Of a DNA stretch of 64,000 nucleotides, positions 18,489 to 39,359 are shown piece after piece (the first letter of the stretch is position 1; each line of letters begins with the position of its first letter). Position numbers and translations under genes: made by a program. Location: NCBI GenBank assembly GCA_043797085.1, contig JAZDQA010000013.1, positions 96,001 through 160,000 of the forward strand. Reading direction: 5' to 3'. Source of the DNA: Pseudomonadota bacterium (lineage in GTDB: Bacteria > Campylobacterota > Campylobacteria > Campylobacterales > Sulfurimonadaceae). A model generated the notes under the pieces. That model was not told where the DNA came from, searched no databases, and was given only the letters and a program-made list of their open reading frames with translations.

Positions 18489-19304
18489 TTACATCCACAC
18501 ATTATCAATCAGTCGCGTTGTTCCTACACGCGCAGCAACCAAAACAATCGTATCACCAAGTATCACTTCGGGAATGGATTCAAAACGACGATTCACTATC
18601 GCGACATATTCAACTTCAAGAGGGTCTAAAACAGCAAGCATAGCCTGAGAAATTTCAAGGCTTTGAAGATTCCCTTGCATCACCATCTTCGTTGCCTCTT
18701 TGAGCGAAGAAGAGAGTTTTAACGCCTCTTTCCGCTGTATATCAGTCAAGTACACATTACGGCTTGAAAGAGCAAGTCCGTCTTTTTCGCGCACGGTCTC
18801 TTCCGGCACAATCTCAACATTCATCACTAAATTATTGACCATTTGAGTGATCAAAAAAAGCTGTTGGGCATCTTTTTTTCCGAAATAAGCACGTGTCGGA
18901 CGAACAGCATTTAATAATTTCATCACAACCGTAAGCATCCCGTCAAAATGTCCGGGACGAGAACTCCCCTCGAGAATAAACCCGCGCACATCCGGAGCTT
19001 TGATACTCACTTCATCCTTTTCATACATTGTCTCGGGATAAAATAACACATCCACCCCGCTTAGTTCACAAATTTTAAAATCCGCTTCCTCTCGACGGGG
19101 ATATTGACTCAAATCTTCCCCTGCTAAAAACTGTGTCGGATTCACATAAATCGATACAACAACGTACTTATTATCTTTACGAGCAGAATCAATAAGAGTG
19201 CGATGACCGCTGTGCAATGCCCCCATTGTTGGAACAAAACCGATTGATCCCGATACATGATCCAAAACCTCTCGTAATTCTTTGTGTGTACGTGCGATTA
19301 TCAT
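18489..19304 (-). CDS. panC: Pantoate--beta-alanine ligase
   Basis: [33 protein letters not shown]. Confidence 0.97.
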   Translation of the reverse strand: MIIARTHKELREVLDHVSGSIGFVPTMGALHSGHRTLIDSARKDNKYVVVSIYVNPTQFLAGEDLSQYPRREEADFKICELSGVDVLFYPETMYEKDEVSIKAPDVRGFILEGSSRPGHFDGMLTVVMKLLNAVRPTRAYFGKKDAQQLFLITQMVNNLVMNVEIVPEETVREKDGLALSSRNVYLTDIQRKEALKLSSSLKEATKMVMQGNLQSLEISQAMLAVLDPLEVEYVAIVNRRFESIPEVILGDTIVLVAARVGTTRLIDNVWM

Positions 19305-19373
19305 TGCTTTAGCCTTTATGCAGGGGATTTATACTATAATCGCAATTATAATACAGTTAGAGGATATTCCTTT

Positions 19374-20483
19374 ATGGATCACTACGAATATACAGAATTA
19401 TTAAAAACATTGACAACTAAAATGCAAAATATCACGGATGTTGTACGTCCTCAAGATATTAATGCCCGATTGGGAGAAATTACCGATCTGGAAAACTCCG
19501 ATGGCTTTTGGAATGATGCCATGAATGCAGGAATTGTTCAAAAAGAAAAAACACAACTTGAACGTCGTCTAAACAAATACAACAGAACCTATAATATTCT
19601 TGGCGATGCGGTAGATTTGTACGAAATGGCAAAAGAAGAAAACGATGAAGAGACCATTGAATCCTTATTTGAGGATGCATTAAAACTCGAACATGAAGTG
19701 AAGCTTATGGAGGTTGAAGTACTACTCAGCGGTGAGCATGACGGTCACAATGCCATCGTCACCATCCATCCGGGAGCAGGAGGGACAGAATCTCAAGACT
19801 GGGCTTCTATGCTGTTACGTATGTACACACGCTGGGCAGAACGACACGATTTTACCATTGAAATGCTCGACTATCAATCGGGTGAAGAAGCAGGAATCAA
19901 AGACGCAGCTATCCTTATCAAGGGTGTAAATGTTTACGGCTATCTCAAAAATGAAAACGGGATTCACCGCCTTGTTCGTATCAGCCCGTATGATTCCGCC
20001 GCCAAACGTCATACTAGCTTTACCTCTGTTCTTGTCTCTCCAGAACTGGATGACGACATCGACGTTGAAATCGAAGACCGTGACATTCGTATCGATACCT
20101 ATCGTGCATCAGGAGCAGGCGGTCAACACGTCAACAAGACCGAATCAGCGATTCGTATTACCCACATCCCAACGGGTATCGTAGTGCAGTGTCAAAATGA
20201 CCGTAGCCAACATAAAAATAAAGCAACCGCGTTTAAAATGTTAAAATCCCGTATCTATGATCTCGAACTCGCTAAACAAAAAGCGGCTGTTGACGGGGTC
20301 GAAAAAAGTGAGAACGGCTGGGGTCATCAAATCCGCTCGTACGTTCTCGCACCGTATCAGCAAGTCAAAGATACCCGTTCAGGAATCCCCTACTCCAATA
20401 TCAGCACCATCCTTGATGGCGACATTGACGAAATGATTGAAGGTGTCCTTATTGCCCTTAACCGAAAAGATGACGACGAATAA
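19374..20483 (+). CDS. prfB: Peptide chain release factor 2 (single ORF, no programmed frameshift)
   Basis: GGQ, SPY and WGHQIRSY motifs; start at MDHYEY after an AGAGG RBS. Confidence 0.96.
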   Translation: MDHYEYTELLKTLTTKMQNITDVVRPQDINARLGEITDLENSDGFWNDAMNAGIVQKEKTQLERRLNKYNRTYNILGDAVDLYEMAKEENDEETIESLFEDALKLEHEVKLMEVEVLLSGEHDGHNAIVTIHPGAGGTESQDWASMLLRMYTRWAERHDFTIEMLDYQSGEEAGIKDAAILIKGVNVYGYLKNENGIHRLVRISPYDSAAKRHTSFTSVLVSPELDDDIDVEIEDRDIRIDTYRASGAGGQHVNKTESAIRITHIPTGIVVQCQNDRSQHKNKATAFKMLKSRIYDLELAKQKAAVDGVEKSENGWGHQIRSYVLAPYQQVKDTRSGIPYSNISTILDGDIDEMIEGVLIALNRKDDDE

Positions 20484-21219
20484 CCAAAACATTATTTTAA
20501 AAGAGTGCGCTCTCCACGAGCCGTGCTCTTACATCAGCGGAAATTCCCAAACCATTCATTATAAAGTAATACAAGAATCCAGCAAAGACCAATGCGAATC
20601 CTTAATTCTTCGTGGATGGAGACGTTTTGGGTCGATGTACTTCCGACCTATCTGTACTGCATGCACGGCATGTGAAAGTCTTAAAATCGACGTAGAAAAC
20701 TATGTATTTAGTAAATCTGAACGACGTATTTTACGTAAAAATAGTCATCTCACCACATTTGTCCGACACCCGACTATAAGCGGTGAACATTTAGAACTTT
20801 TTTACCGTTATCACGCCCATAAACATCAAACACGCAACTGGGACGCACCTAAAATTGATCCAAACAACTATCAAGCCTCTTTCGTAAACGGTCATGGAGA
20901 TTTTGGGTACGAAGTCCTCTATTTTGAAGGAGAAAAACTCATTGCCGTTGATCTTATTGATATTTTAGAAGAGGGGATATCCGCATTGTATTGTTATTAC
21001 GATCCCCAATCTCCGAACCTTTCATTGGGTAAATATACCCTGCTCGAACAAATTCTTCTCGCAAAGCGTTTGGGTCTTAAATGGATTTATCTTGGCTATT
21101 ATGTCAAAGGATGCCAAAGCTTGGAATACAAAGCATCCTATGACCCTTCCTATATGCTTCAAGGGCGACCTGAAGAAGACGAAACTCCCTTATGGAATTT
21201 ACTTTCTACTTCCCGCTAA
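20470..21219 (+). CDS. bpt: Arginyl-tRNA-protein transferase family (Bpt/Ate-like)
   Basis: [22 protein letters not shown] and [15 protein letters not shown] motifs. Confidence 0.88.
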   Translation: MTTNNQNIILKECALHEPCSYISGNSQTIHYKVIQESSKDQCESLILRGWRRFGSMYFRPICTACTACESLKIDVENYVFSKSERRILRKNSHLTTFVRHPTISGEHLELFYRYHAHKHQTRNWDAPKIDPNNYQASFVNGHGDFGYEVLYFEGEKLIAVDLIDILEEGISALYCYYDPQSPNLSLGKYTLLEQILLAKRLGLKWIYLGYYVKGCQSLEYKASYDPSYMLQGRPEEDETPLWNLLSTSR

Positions 21220-21751
21220 TCATTCGAGAAATAATGCCTTTTTGATCGGTTCTCTCGGCATGAATAACTCCGATTACATGAACAACGACGAAAGCAAAAA
21301 TAGCCCAACCCACGTAAAAATGAACCCCTTCAACCGTCTCTTTCATCTCACCTGCAAGTTTAAAATACAGGCTAAGACCGCTGATAGACATAACCAACAG
21401 CATCACATAGACAGCTTTATAGAGCTTGTAGACAATTTGCATTTTCGGATTATCATCCAATCCAAATCCATTTTTTGCAATCATTAACAAACGAAATATT
21501 AACAGCGCAGTAATTGCAAATCCAAAATAAATATGCCAATCCCACATAGGAGAGCGAACTGCTTTTCCTATCACTACCGCCTGCTCATTGGTAATAATTG
21601 TCCCGATGGTTACCAGCTGTTCTTGAACTATTTTCCCTATATGGTGCTTATCCATAACACTTTCTCGCAACACCACTGTAATAAATAAACCAATTACTAC
21701 CAATGCCTGCAACCAATGCCAAATCCGAAATGATGGTGAAAATTCTCTCAT
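21206..21751 (-). CDS. Cytochrome b/b6-domain membrane protein (di-heme)
   Basis: RIWHW, WHIYFG, VHFYVG and VHVIG His motifs in TM helices; ends ISRMISG. Confidence 0.85.
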   Translation of the reverse strand: MREFSPSFRIWHWLQALVVIGLFITVVLRESVMDKHHIGKIVQEQLVTIGTIITNEQAVVIGKAVRSPMWDWHIYFGFAITALLIFRLLMIAKNGFGLDDNPKMQIVYKLYKAVYVMLLVMSISGLSLYFKLAGEMKETVEGVHFYVGWAIFAFVVVHVIGVIHAERTDQKGIISRMISGK

Positions 21752-21932
21752 ATATATTCTCCTAATGTTAGATATACAATGATACAAGAATAATTTAGTA
21801 TTTAGATTAACTGATAATAAACGCCAGAGTGTAATGATTAAAAATATACTGAAAGGAAGAATGAATTATGTGTGATATCAAAGAAGAAGAAGAAAGAGAT
21901 GCAGATTCCCCAAAAGGGGAAGAAGAATTAAC

Positions 21933-24017
21933 TTAGCTGTTACGCTTTTTGATAATTTCTTCTGCAACGTTACGTGGAACTTCTGCATAGTGATCGAATT
22001 CCATAGAGTAGCTTGCACGTCCTTGAGTTGCTGAACGAAGGTCAGTTGAGTAACCAAACATTTCAGAAAGTGGAACGAACGCATCAACAATTTTGTTACC
22101 TGAACGGTCACCCATGTTGTTAACTTGTCCACGACGACGGTTAAGGTCACCGATAACGTCACCCATGAAGTTTTCAGGTACTTCTACTTCAACTTTCATC
22201 ATAGGCTCTAGGATTGCAGGGTTTGCTTTACGGCAAGCCTCTTTGAATCCCATAGATGCAGCGAGTTTAAACGCCATCTCAGAGGAGTCAACCTCATGGT
22301 ATGAACCGTCATACAATGTAACTTCGATATCTTCGATAGGATAACCTGCCAAGACACCTTTAGCCATTGCTTCTTTACACCCTTTTTCAACAGCAGGAAT
22401 ATATTCTTTTGGAATAACCCCACCTTTGATGTCATTGTTAAAGGTATAACCAGTACCTGGCTCACCTGGCTTAACGATCAAATAAACGTGACCGAATTGT
22501 CCGCGTCCACCTGATTGTTTTGCGTATTTGTACTCTTGTTTTACTTCCGCACGAATTGACTCACGGTAAGCAACTTGTGGAGCACCTACTTCTGCTTCAA
22601 CTTTGAACTCACGAAACATTCGGTCAACAAGAATTTCAAGGTGAAGTTCACCCATTCCTGAAATAATCGTTTGACCTGTTTCTTCGTCAGTATGAACACG
22701 GAAAGATGGATCTTCAGCTGCAAGTTTTGCAAGTGCAATACCCATTTTTTCTTGGTCAGGTTTAGTTTTTGGCTCAACCGCAACCGAGATAACTGGCTCA
22801 GGGAAGTGCATACGCTCAAGAACTAAACGCTCACGCTCGTCACATAGAGTATCCCCAGTTGTTGTATCTTTGAGACCAACAACCGCACCGATTTCACCAG
22901 CATAAAGTGATTTAATCTCTTCACGTTTGTTCGCGTGCATTTTTACGATACGTCCGATACGCTCTTTTTTACCTTTGATGGTATTGTAAGCGTAGGTACC
23001 TGATTCAAGAACTCCACGGTAAACACGTACGAAAGTAAGTTGTCCAACGAATGGATCGGTCATAATTTTGAACGCAAGACCAGCGAAAGGAGCATCATCC
23101 GTTGATTCAACTGCTACTTCAACCTCTTCGTCATCTTCCATAGTTCCTTTGATAGCCGCAACTTCAAGAGGAGATGGAAGATAATCGATTACCGCATCCA
23201 AAAGAGTCTGAACCCCTTTGTTTTTAAACGCAGTACCACATGTCATTGGAATGATTTCCATTTTAAGACATCCAGCTTTGATCCCGCGCATAATTTCTTC
23301 GTTGCTAAGCTCACCCTCTTCGAAGAATTTCTCCATCAAAGTATCGTCGCCTTCAGCAGCTGCTTCCATCATTTGTGCACGGTATTTATTAGAAAGTTCA
23401 ACCATATCTGCAGGAATCTCTTCTTCATGGTAACTAGAACCCATTGCAGCATCTTCATCCCAAAGGATTGCTTTCATCTTAACAAGGTCAACAATACCTT
23501 TGAAACCGTCTTCAGCGCCAATTGGAAGTTGAATAGCAATTGGATTTGCTTTAAGACGAAGACGAATTTGTTCTTCAACGTTATAAAAATCAGCACCGGT
23601 ACGGTCCATTTTATTAACGAAAACCATACGAGGTACGCCATAACGATTTGCTTGACGCCATACCGTCTCAGATTGTGGCTGAACACCGCCTACTGCACAA
23701 AATACAGCAACTGCACCATCAAGAACACGCATAGAACGCTCAACTTCAATAGTGAAGTCAACGTGGCCCGGAGTGTCGATGATGTTAATTTGAGTGTCAC
23801 GCCATTCACATGTCGTTGCAGCAGAAGTAATCGTGATACCACGTTCTTGCTCTTGCTCCATCCAGTCCATAGTGGCAGCACCTTCGTGAACCTCACCAAT
23901 CTTGTGTGAAACACCTGTGTAGAACAAAATACGTTCTGTAGTGGTTGTTTTACCCGCGTCAATGTGCGCAGCAATACCGATATTTCTAACGTCTTCTAGT
24001 TTGTGGGATCTTGCCAT
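21933..24017 (-). CDS. fusA: Elongation factor G
   Basis: [24 protein letters not shown]. Confidence 0.99.
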   Translation of the reverse strand: MARSHKLEDVRNIGIAAHIDAGKTTTTERILFYTGVSHKIGEVHEGAATMDWMEQEQERGITITSAATTCEWRDTQINIIDTPGHVDFTIEVERSMRVLDGAVAVFCAVGGVQPQSETVWRQANRYGVPRMVFVNKMDRTGADFYNVEEQIRLRLKANPIAIQLPIGAEDGFKGIVDLVKMKAILWDEDAAMGSSYHEEEIPADMVELSNKYRAQMMEAAAEGDDTLMEKFFEEGELSNEEIMRGIKAGCLKMEIIPMTCGTAFKNKGVQTLLDAVIDYLPSPLEVAAIKGTMEDDEEVEVAVESTDDAPFAGLAFKIMTDPFVGQLTFVRVYRGVLESGTYAYNTIKGKKERIGRIVKMHANKREEIKSLYAGEIGAVVGLKDTTTGDTLCDERERLVLERMHFPEPVISVAVEPKTKPDQEKMGIALAKLAAEDPSFRVHTDEETGQTIISGMGELHLEILVDRMFREFKVEAEVGAPQVAYRESIRAEVKQEYKYAKQSGGRGQFGHVYLIVKPGEPGTGYTFNNDIKGGVIPKEYIPAVEKGCKEAMAKGVLAGYPIEDIEVTLYDGSYHEVDSSEMAFKLAASMGFKEACRKANPAILEPMMKVEVEVPENFMGDVIGDLNRRRGQVNNMGDRSGNKIVDAFVPLSEMFGYSTDLRSATQGRASYSMEFDHYAEVPRNVAEEIIKKRNS

Positions 24018-24087
24018 GATAATAGCCTTAAAAAGTGGTTTTTAATAGGGAGAATAATAACCCGCTTGGGTTATTAAAGGGTTACAA

Positions 24088-24166
24088 AATTCTACCTCGT
24101 TAAGAGGTAAGCTTTAGTAGCCCAAGCGGCTAGCATAGCAATAGGGATAAAAATCCCTATTGCCTT
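24088..24166. repeat. Three-hairpin dispersed element, copy A (3' of rpsG)
   Basis: TACCTC-GTTAA-GAGGTA / AGCTTTAG / TAGCC-CAAGC-GGCTA / GCAATAGGGA-TAAAA-TCCCTATTGC. Confidence 0.8.
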
Positions 24167-24182
24167 CAAACCGGAATGACTA

Positions 24183-24674
<492 letters not shown>

Positions 24675-24721
24675 TTACTCAAAAAACGGTCACTGAAACC
24701 GAATCTTGTTGGGTTAGATGA

Positions 24722-25102
24722 TTATTTCTTAACCTTAGCTTTTTTCGTTCCGTATTTAGAACGAGATACTTTACGGTCTTTAACACCCGCAGTATCAAGA
24801 GCACCACGTACGATATGGTATTTTACCCCTGGTAAGTCTTTTACGCGACCGCCACGAACAAGAACGATTGAGTGCTCTTGCAAGTTGTGACCCTCACCAC
24901 CGATATAACTAATAACTTCAAACCCTGAAGTCAAACGAACTTTAGCAACTTTACGAAGAGCCGAGTTAGGTTTTTTAGGGGTTGTAGTATAAACACGAGT
25001 ACATACTCCACGACGTTGTGGACATGACACCAAAGCGGGTGATTTTGATTTTTTCACGACCGCTTGTCGCTCTTTACGAATAAGCTGGTTGATTGTTGGC
25101 AT
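24722..25102 (-). CDS. rpsL: 30S ribosomal protein S12
   Basis: [17 protein letters not shown]; start moved to MPT. Confidence 0.99.
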   Translation of the reverse strand: MPTINQLIRKERQAVVKKSKSPALVSCPQRRGVCTRVYTTTPKKPNSALRKVAKVRLTSGFEVISYIGGEGHNLQEHSIVLVRGGRVKDLPGVKYHIVRGALDTAGVKDRKVSRSKYGTKKAKVKK

Positions 25103-25252
25103 ACAATCTCCTTGTTTTGAAATGTTCCAGTAGAATTTTAGATCCACCCGTAGGGGACTAATAAACGCGAAATATTACCCGATTATTGATTAAATATAGC
25201 TTATTTTAAGGAAGGTTTAAATTGAGGAGAAGGTAAGAGTAGGATAAACATC

Positions 25253-25268
25253 TGCCTCAAGAGAGGCA
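25253..25268 (-). terminator. Intrinsic terminator after rpoC
   Basis: TGCCTC-AAGA-GAGGCA hairpin just 3' of the stop. Confidence 0.6.
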
Positions 25269-25274
25269 AAACGT

Positions 25275-33930
<8,656 letters not shown>

Positions 33931-34091
33931 TCAATCGAAATTTTGATCCCAAGAACGGGATATAAAGTGTAAAGTCTAAAAGTTGAGCATCCCCAACCCT
34001 ATAACGACGGATGGGCACTCTTCCGAAATGAAAAAATCAATTCGGAAAAGCGCCCGCATAATGGAGGCGAGTGCCTCCAATCATCAAATAA

Positions 34092-34460
34092 TTATTTGAC
34101 TTCGACCACAGCACCAGCTTCTTCAAGCTCTTTTTTAGCTGCTTCAGCATCGGTTTTAGAGATACCTTCTTTGATAGTTGTAGGAGCGTTATCAACAGCA
34201 TCTTTAGCCTCTTTGAGACCAAGACCTGTCATTGCGCGTACTACTTTAATAACGTTGATTTTCTTCTCACCAGCGTCTTTTAAGATAACATCAAATTCAG
34301 TTTTTTCTTCAACTTCAACAGCAGCAACTGCGCCGCCTGCAACCGCTACCGGTTGAGCAGATACTCCGAATTTTTCTTCGAATTCTTTTACAAGCTCAGA
34401 AAGCTCGAGGACAGAAAGGTTTGAGATAAACTCAAGAACGTCTTGTTTTGTAACAGCCAT
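34092..34460 (-). CDS. rplL: 50S ribosomal protein L7/L12
   Basis: [16 protein letters not shown]. Confidence 0.99.
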   Translation of the reverse strand: MAVTKQDVLEFISNLSVLELSELVKEFEEKFGVSAQPVAVAGGAVAAVEVEEKTEFDVILKDAGEKKINVIKVVRAMTGLGLKEAKDAVDNAPTTIKEGISKTDAEAAKKELEEAGAVVEVK

Positions 34461-34524
34461 AATAATTCTCCTATAAGTATTTTTTTATGCCGATAATAAA
34501 ATCAGCGATTTTTCAAAGCAACAG

Positions 34525-35013
34525 TTACGCTGCTGCCTCTTCTTCACGTTTATTCTTAAGCGCATCGAGTCCGATTGTAAAGTTGCGAACTGGTCCCATC
34601 CAAACAGATGCGAGCATCCCAAGCAATTCTTCACGACCAGGAAGGGTGGCGAATGCGCGAACTTTTGCTTCATCAGCGGCTTGACCGTCGATGTATGCAG
34701 TACGAAGAGTGAATTTATCATTCAACTTTGCAAAATCAACAACGGTTTTTGCTGCAGCGATAGCATCAGAACCCCAAACAAAGATATTTGTATCAACGAT
34801 GTCGATACCGCTCATACCAGCATTATTCAAAGCGATGGTTGCAAGGGTATTTTTAACCACTTGAACTTTTGTCTCTTTTTCACGTGCCATTTTACGGAGA
34901 GACTCGAGGTTACTTACAGTAAGACCGCGATAATCACACATAACAACAGCATTTGCTGATTTGAACTCTTCGGTCAAAGTGTTAACAATCTCAGATTTTT
35001 GTGTTTTGTTCAT
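34525..35013 (-). CDS. rplJ: 50S ribosomal protein L10
   Basis: DYRGLTV, VVKNTL, TLPGREELL. Confidence 0.98.
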   Translation of the reverse strand: MNKTQKSEIVNTLTEEFKSANAVVMCDYRGLTVSNLESLRKMAREKETKVQVVKNTLATIALNNAGMSGIDIVDTNIFVWGSDAIAAAKTVVDFAKLNDKFTLRTAYIDGQAADEAKVRAFATLPGREELLGMLASVWMGPVRNFTIGLDALKNKREEEAAA

Positions 35014-35027
35014 TATTTCTCCTTTCC

Positions 35028-35095
35028 AGACAGTAACTTCAAGCGGGGCGGATAAACCCGATTAAGACTTTCGTCCCCTACTCTCTTCAGTCCAC
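35028..35095 (-). promoter_or_regulatory. L10 leader (autoregulatory RNA)
   Basis: Sense strand GACTGAAGAGAGTAGGGG..TTAA..CCCCGCTTGAAGTT resembles the L10-leader consensus; directly 5' of rplJ. Confidence 0.7.
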
Positions 35096-35122
35096 AAGAT
35101 AAATTTACCATTTGATTTTAAA

Positions 35123-35140
35123 TGCCTCTAAAAAGAGGCA
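35123..35140 (-). terminator. Hairpin after rplA
   Basis: TGCCTCT..AGAGGCA followed by a U-rich tract on the minus strand. Confidence 0.5.
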
Positions 35141-35145
35141 AAAAT

Positions 35146-35844
35146 TTACGCTCTAATATCAAGAAGTTCTTGAATATCAAATTTTATTGCAGGACTCATA
35201 GTGAGTGAAAGCGCTGCATTTTTGATGTAACGACCTTTAGCCGTTGATGGTTTTGCACGGTTGATAGCACTAACAAATGCTTTAATATTTTCAGCAATTT
35301 TATCCGTATCGAAACTTACTTTACCGATACCTGCATGGATGTTACCTTTTTTGTCAACACGGAAATTAACTTGTCCGCCTTTAACATTGCTGACCGCTTT
35401 TGCGATGTCAGCTGTAACTGTTCCTGTTTTAGGATTTGGCATCATCCCTTTTGGTCCAAGGATACGTCCTACTTGACCAACAAGACCCATACAATCAGGT
35501 GCAGCAACAACGATATCAAAAGGCATATTTCCGGCTTTAATCATATCAACCAAATCTTCAGCACCGACAATGTCAGCACCCGCAGCTTTAGCTTCGTCTA
35601 CTTTAGCGCCTTTAGCGAAAACCGCTACGCGGACCACTTTACCCGTACCGTGAGGAAGCACAACCGCGCCACGGATCATTTGGTCAGCATGACGAGGATC
35701 AACGTTAAGATTAAGTGCAATCTCAACGGTTTCGTCAAATTTAGCCGATTTAAGTTCTTTAATGAACTCAGAAGCATCAGCTACTGTGTAGCTTTTTGCC
35801 ATATCAATTTTTTCACTCAAGTTTTTGTAGCGTTTTCCAGCCAT
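35146..35844 (-). CDS. rplA: 50S ribosomal protein L1
   Basis: [25 protein letters not shown]. Confidence 0.99.
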   Translation of the reverse strand: MAGKRYKNLSEKIDMAKSYTVADASEFIKELKSAKFDETVEIALNLNVDPRHADQMIRGAVVLPHGTGKVVRVAVFAKGAKVDEAKAAGADIVGAEDLVDMIKAGNMPFDIVVAAPDCMGLVGQVGRILGPKGMMPNPKTGTVTADIAKAVSNVKGGQVNFRVDKKGNIHAGIGKVSFDTDKIAENIKAFVSAINRAKPSTAKGRYIKNAALSLTMSPAIKFDIQELLDIRA

Positions 35845-35919
35845 TTTAATTCTCCAATAATAGAATCTGCCGCAAGATTTAACCTCTTTGCGGTCGAAGA
35901 GTTTTGCTAAGACACCATT

Positions 35920-35995
35920 AAATCTACCTCGAGAGAGGCTAGCTTCAGTAGTCCAAGCGACTAGCGTAGTAAAAGGAAGAAGTTCCTTTTACGTT
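35920..35995. repeat. Three-hairpin dispersed element, copy B (3' of rplK)
   Basis: TACCTC-GAGA-GAGGCT / AGCTTCAG / TAGTC-CAAGC-GACTA / GTAAAAGGAA-GAAG-TTCCTTTTAC. Confidence 0.8.
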
Positions 35996-35996
35996 A

Positions 35997-36422
35997 TTAA
36001 TCAATAATATCAACACCCATTGAACGGCATGAACCGGCGATAGTAGCAGATGCAGCCTCAACACAATCAGTATTCATATCTTGAATTTTTTGCTTGACGA
36101 TTTCCATCAACTGATCTTTAGTGATTTTACCCACTTTGTTTTTCATCGGATTATCAGTCCCTTTTTTAAGACCCGCTGCTCTCATGATGAGTGCAGATGC
36201 CGGAGGCTGTTTTGTGATGAATGAAAACGTTTTATCCGCATATACAGTAATAACAACAGGGAGTTTAAAACCTGCCTTATCTTTTGTACGCTCGTTGAAC
36301 GCCTTACAAAATTCCATGATGTTAACACCACGTTGACCGAGTGCTGGTCCAACCGGAGGGGCTGGATTAGCAGCGCCTGCATTAACTTGTAGCTTGATGT
36401 AGCCCGTAATTTTCTTTGCCAT
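35997..36422 (-). CDS. rplK: 50S ribosomal protein L11
   Basis: [23 protein letters not shown]. Confidence 0.99.
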   Translation of the reverse strand: MAKKITGYIKLQVNAGAANPAPPVGPALGQRGVNIMEFCKAFNERTKDKAGFKLPVVITVYADKTFSFITKQPPASALIMRAAGLKKGTDNPMKNKVGKITKDQLMEIVKQKIQDMNTDCVEAASATIAGSCRSMGVDIID

Positions 36423-36443
36423 TTGTGCTTCCTTTTTTTGAGA

Positions 36444-36974
36444 TTAAATAATTTTTTCGACTTGCGTGTACGAAATATCTACTGGCGTACTACGTCCAAA
36501 GATAGATACATTGAGCTTTAACGTACCGTGCTCAAGGTCATACTCATCAACAGTACCCGTGAAGTTCGCGAATGGACCATCAACGATACGAACCATCTCA
36601 CCATTATCAAAAAATACTTTTGGTTTTGGCGCAGAACGGTTGGCTACACGATCCAAGATAACTGCAATATCATTTTCACTAAGTGGTGTCGGCTTGCTTC
36701 CCTCACCAATGAATCCTGCAACACGCGGGAGAGATTGAATGCGATGCTGCAAATCAATACTGAGATCCATCAATGCAAAAACATAACCTGAATACAATGA
36801 GCGTTCAGTAATTTTCTTTTTACCATTTTTTACTTCGATAACATCTTCTGTAGGGACGATTACCTCAGTAATGACTTCTTCAAGATGATTTTCAGCAATG
36901 ATATTTTCAATAGCTGATTTTACGCTGCGCTCACTGCCTGCATAGGTTTGAATTGAGTACCAAAGATGTGCCAT
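36444..36974 (-). CDS. nusG: Transcription elongation factor NusG
   Basis: SGYVF, KOW motif GPFANFTG, IFGRSTPV. Confidence 0.98.
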   Translation of the reverse strand: MAHLWYSIQTYAGSERSVKSAIENIIAENHLEEVITEVIVPTEDVIEVKNGKKKITERSLYSGYVFALMDLSIDLQHRIQSLPRVAGFIGEGSKPTPLSENDIAVILDRVANRSAPKPKVFFDNGEMVRIVDGPFANFTGTVDEYDLEHGTLKLNVSIFGRSTPVDISYTQVEKII

Positions 36975-36983
36975 AGTTTTTCC

Positions 36984-37169
36984 TTAACTCAAAATTGCTG
37001 AAACAGTAGAAGACATAATAAAGTCAACCAATGCTAAAAACAAAACTACAAAAGTAACAACAATGATGACTGCTATAAACGCTTGCTTTACTTGTGGTTT
37101 TGTTGGAAAAATAACTTTTGCAAGTTCTAACTTCGCTTGACGAAAAGTATTAGTAACACTGTTTTTCAT
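36984..37169 (-). CDS. secE: Preprotein translocase SecE
   Basis: ELAKVIFP plus a single TM; lies between tRNA-Trp and nusG. Confidence 0.95.
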   Translation of the reverse strand: MKNSVTNTFRQAKLELAKVIFPTKPQVKQAFIAVIIVVTFVVLFLALVDFIMSSTVSAILS

Positions 37170-37230
37170 TTTTTACCCTTAGGACATTTCGAACCAATAA
37201 AGCCCGTGGGCACCATTAGTTAAAAATGGG

Positions 37231-37306
37231 TGGCAGGCCAGGGGGGATTCGAACCCGCAACCATCGGATTTGGAATCCGGCGCTCTACCATTGGAGCTAC
37301 TGACCT
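37231..37306 (-). tRNA. tRNA-Trp (CCA)
   Basis: 76-nt cloverleaf, anticodon CCA, GGTTCGAAT T-loop, encoded 3' CCA. Confidence 0.96.
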
Positions 37307-37330
37307 ATAAAATCCCCGAGGGGAAAACCT

Positions 37331-37483
37331 TTAAAGTTTTGCTTCTTTATGAATCGTGTGTTCACGACAAAATTTACAAAACTTTTTAGCTGAGAATTTC
37401 TCAGTGTGAGTTTTTTTATTTTTAGTGATGTGATAGTTACGACGTGTGCACTTTTCACAAGCTAAATGGATATTTTCGCGCAT
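37331..37483 (-). CDS. rpmG: 50S ribosomal protein L33 (Zn-binding type)
   Basis: Manual translation MRENIHLACEKCTRRNYHITKNKKTHTEKFSAKKFCKFCREHTIHKEAKL (below the ORF-track cutoff). Confidence 0.97.
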   Translation of the reverse strand: MRENIHLACEKCTRRNYHITKNKKTHTEKFSAKKFCKFCREHTIHKEAKL

Positions 37484-37520
37484 GTTTACCCTTATAGTCC
37501 AACCCTAAGGTTGGGAGAAA

Positions 37521-38720
37521 TTATGCAAGGATTTTAGAAACAACCCCAGCACCTACAGTACGTCCACCTTCACGAATAGCGAAGCGAGTACCCTCTTCCA
37601 TCGCGATTGGATGGATTAATTCAGCAATAATTTTTACGTTGTCGCCAGGCATAACCATTTCAGTGCCCTCTTGAAGAGAGATAGCACCTGTACAGTCTGT
37701 TGTACGAACGTAGAATTGTGGACGGTAACCATTGAAGAATGGAGTATGACGTCCACCCTCTTCTTTGCTCAATACATAAATCTCAGCCTCAAATTTTGTG
37801 TGAGGATTGATTGATTTAGGCTTACAAAGAACTTGACCACGTTCAACATCTTCTTTCTTAGTACCACGAAGAAGAACTCCACAGTTATCGCCTGCTTCAC
37901 CCATCTCCATTTCTTTACGGAACATTTCAACACCTGTTACAGTTGTTGTTTGTGTATCACGGATACCTACGATTTCGATTGTTTCACCGATTTTGATAGT
38001 ACCACGCTCAATACGACCTGTTACAACCGTACCACGTCCTGAGATTGAGAAAACGTCTTCTACCGGCATCAAGAAATCTTTTTCAGTTTCACGAATTGGC
38101 TGAGGGATATAACGATCCACTTCGTCCATCAATTTGATGATTTTATCAGCCCATGGTCCAAGAGCACCAGCTTTTGCTTCTTCAAGTGCACGTAATGCAG
38201 AACCTGCAACGATAGGAGTATCATCACCAGGGAATTCATACATATCGAGAAGTTCACGAATTTCCATCTCTACTAGCTCAAGAAGTTCTTCATCATCAAC
38301 CATATCTTCTTTGTTCATGAAAACAACGATGTATGGAACACCAACTTGGCGTGAAAGAAGAATGTGCTCACGAGTTTGTGGCATTGGGCCATCCGCTGCA
38401 GAAACAACAAGAATAGCACCATCCATTTGTGCAGCACCAGTAATCATGTTTTTAACATAGTCGGCGTGTCCAGGACAGTCAACGTGTGCATAGTGACGAT
38501 TTTCTGTTTCATACTCAACGTGTGATGTAGCGATAGTAATACCGCGCTCGCGCTCTTCAGGAGCATTATCGATTTGATCGTAGTCCATGAATTTCGCACC
38601 AGTTTTAGTTGCCAAAACAGCGGTAATTGCTGCTGTCAACGTAGTTTTACCGTGGTCAACGTGACCGATTGTACCGATGTTGCAGTGTGGTTTAGTACGT
38701 GCAAACTTTTCTTTTGCCAT
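37521..38720 (-). CDS. tuf: Elongation factor Tu
   Basis: [23 protein letters not shown]. Confidence 0.99.
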   Translation of the reverse strand: MAKEKFARTKPHCNIGTIGHVDHGKTTLTAAITAVLATKTGAKFMDYDQIDNAPEERERGITIATSHVEYETENRHYAHVDCPGHADYVKNMITGAAQMDGAILVVSAADGPMPQTREHILLSRQVGVPYIVVFMNKEDMVDDEELLELVEMEIRELLDMYEFPGDDTPIVAGSALRALEEAKAGALGPWADKIIKLMDEVDRYIPQPIRETEKDFLMPVEDVFSISGRGTVVTGRIERGTIKIGETIEIVGIRDTQTTTVTGVEMFRKEMEMGEAGDNCGVLLRGTKKEDVERGQVLCKPKSINPHTKFEAEIYVLSKEEGGRHTPFFNGYRPQFYVRTTDCTGAISLQEGTEMVMPGDNVKIIAELIHPIAMEEGTRFAIREGGRTVGAGVVSKILA

Positions 38721-38816
38721 AGTGTCCTCCGACTTAATATTGTAAACGAAAATGGAATTATACCTAAAAACAGCTGAAATAGCTTTCAAGCTTTCAAAAA
38801 ATTACAAAAATATTAC

Positions 38817-38891
<75 letters not shown>

Positions 38892-38994
38892 ATATAAAGA
38901 CAATAATAAAATGAATTTTGGAAGCTTAAAAACTATTTTTGTTTTAAGGTAATTGATGAAGTAGTAATTATGAAATGTATACTTCAGCTCCCAG

Positions 38995-39071
<77 letters not shown>

Positions 39072-39076
39072 ATACA

Positions 39077-39162
<86 letters not shown>

Positions 39163-39216
39163 ACGGCCTAATCTGGTCTAACACTGATAAATTTAACGCA
39201 TTCCGATTTCGTTCAA

Positions 39217-39293
39217 TGGTGCCGGCACGAGGACTTGAACCCCGGGCCTGCTGATTACAAATCAGCTGCTCTAGCCAACTGAGCTATGCCGGC
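39217..39293 (-). tRNA. tRNA-Thr (TGT)
   Basis: GCCGGC acceptor stem, anticodon TGT; first gene of the canonical Thr-Tyr-Gly-Thr-tuf cluster. Confidence 0.95.
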
Positions 39294-39359
39294 GTTGGCG
39301 AAATGGAGCTGAAATTATAGTTTCTTTTTATCAATAAGTCAAGGGCAATTCAAAAGAAA

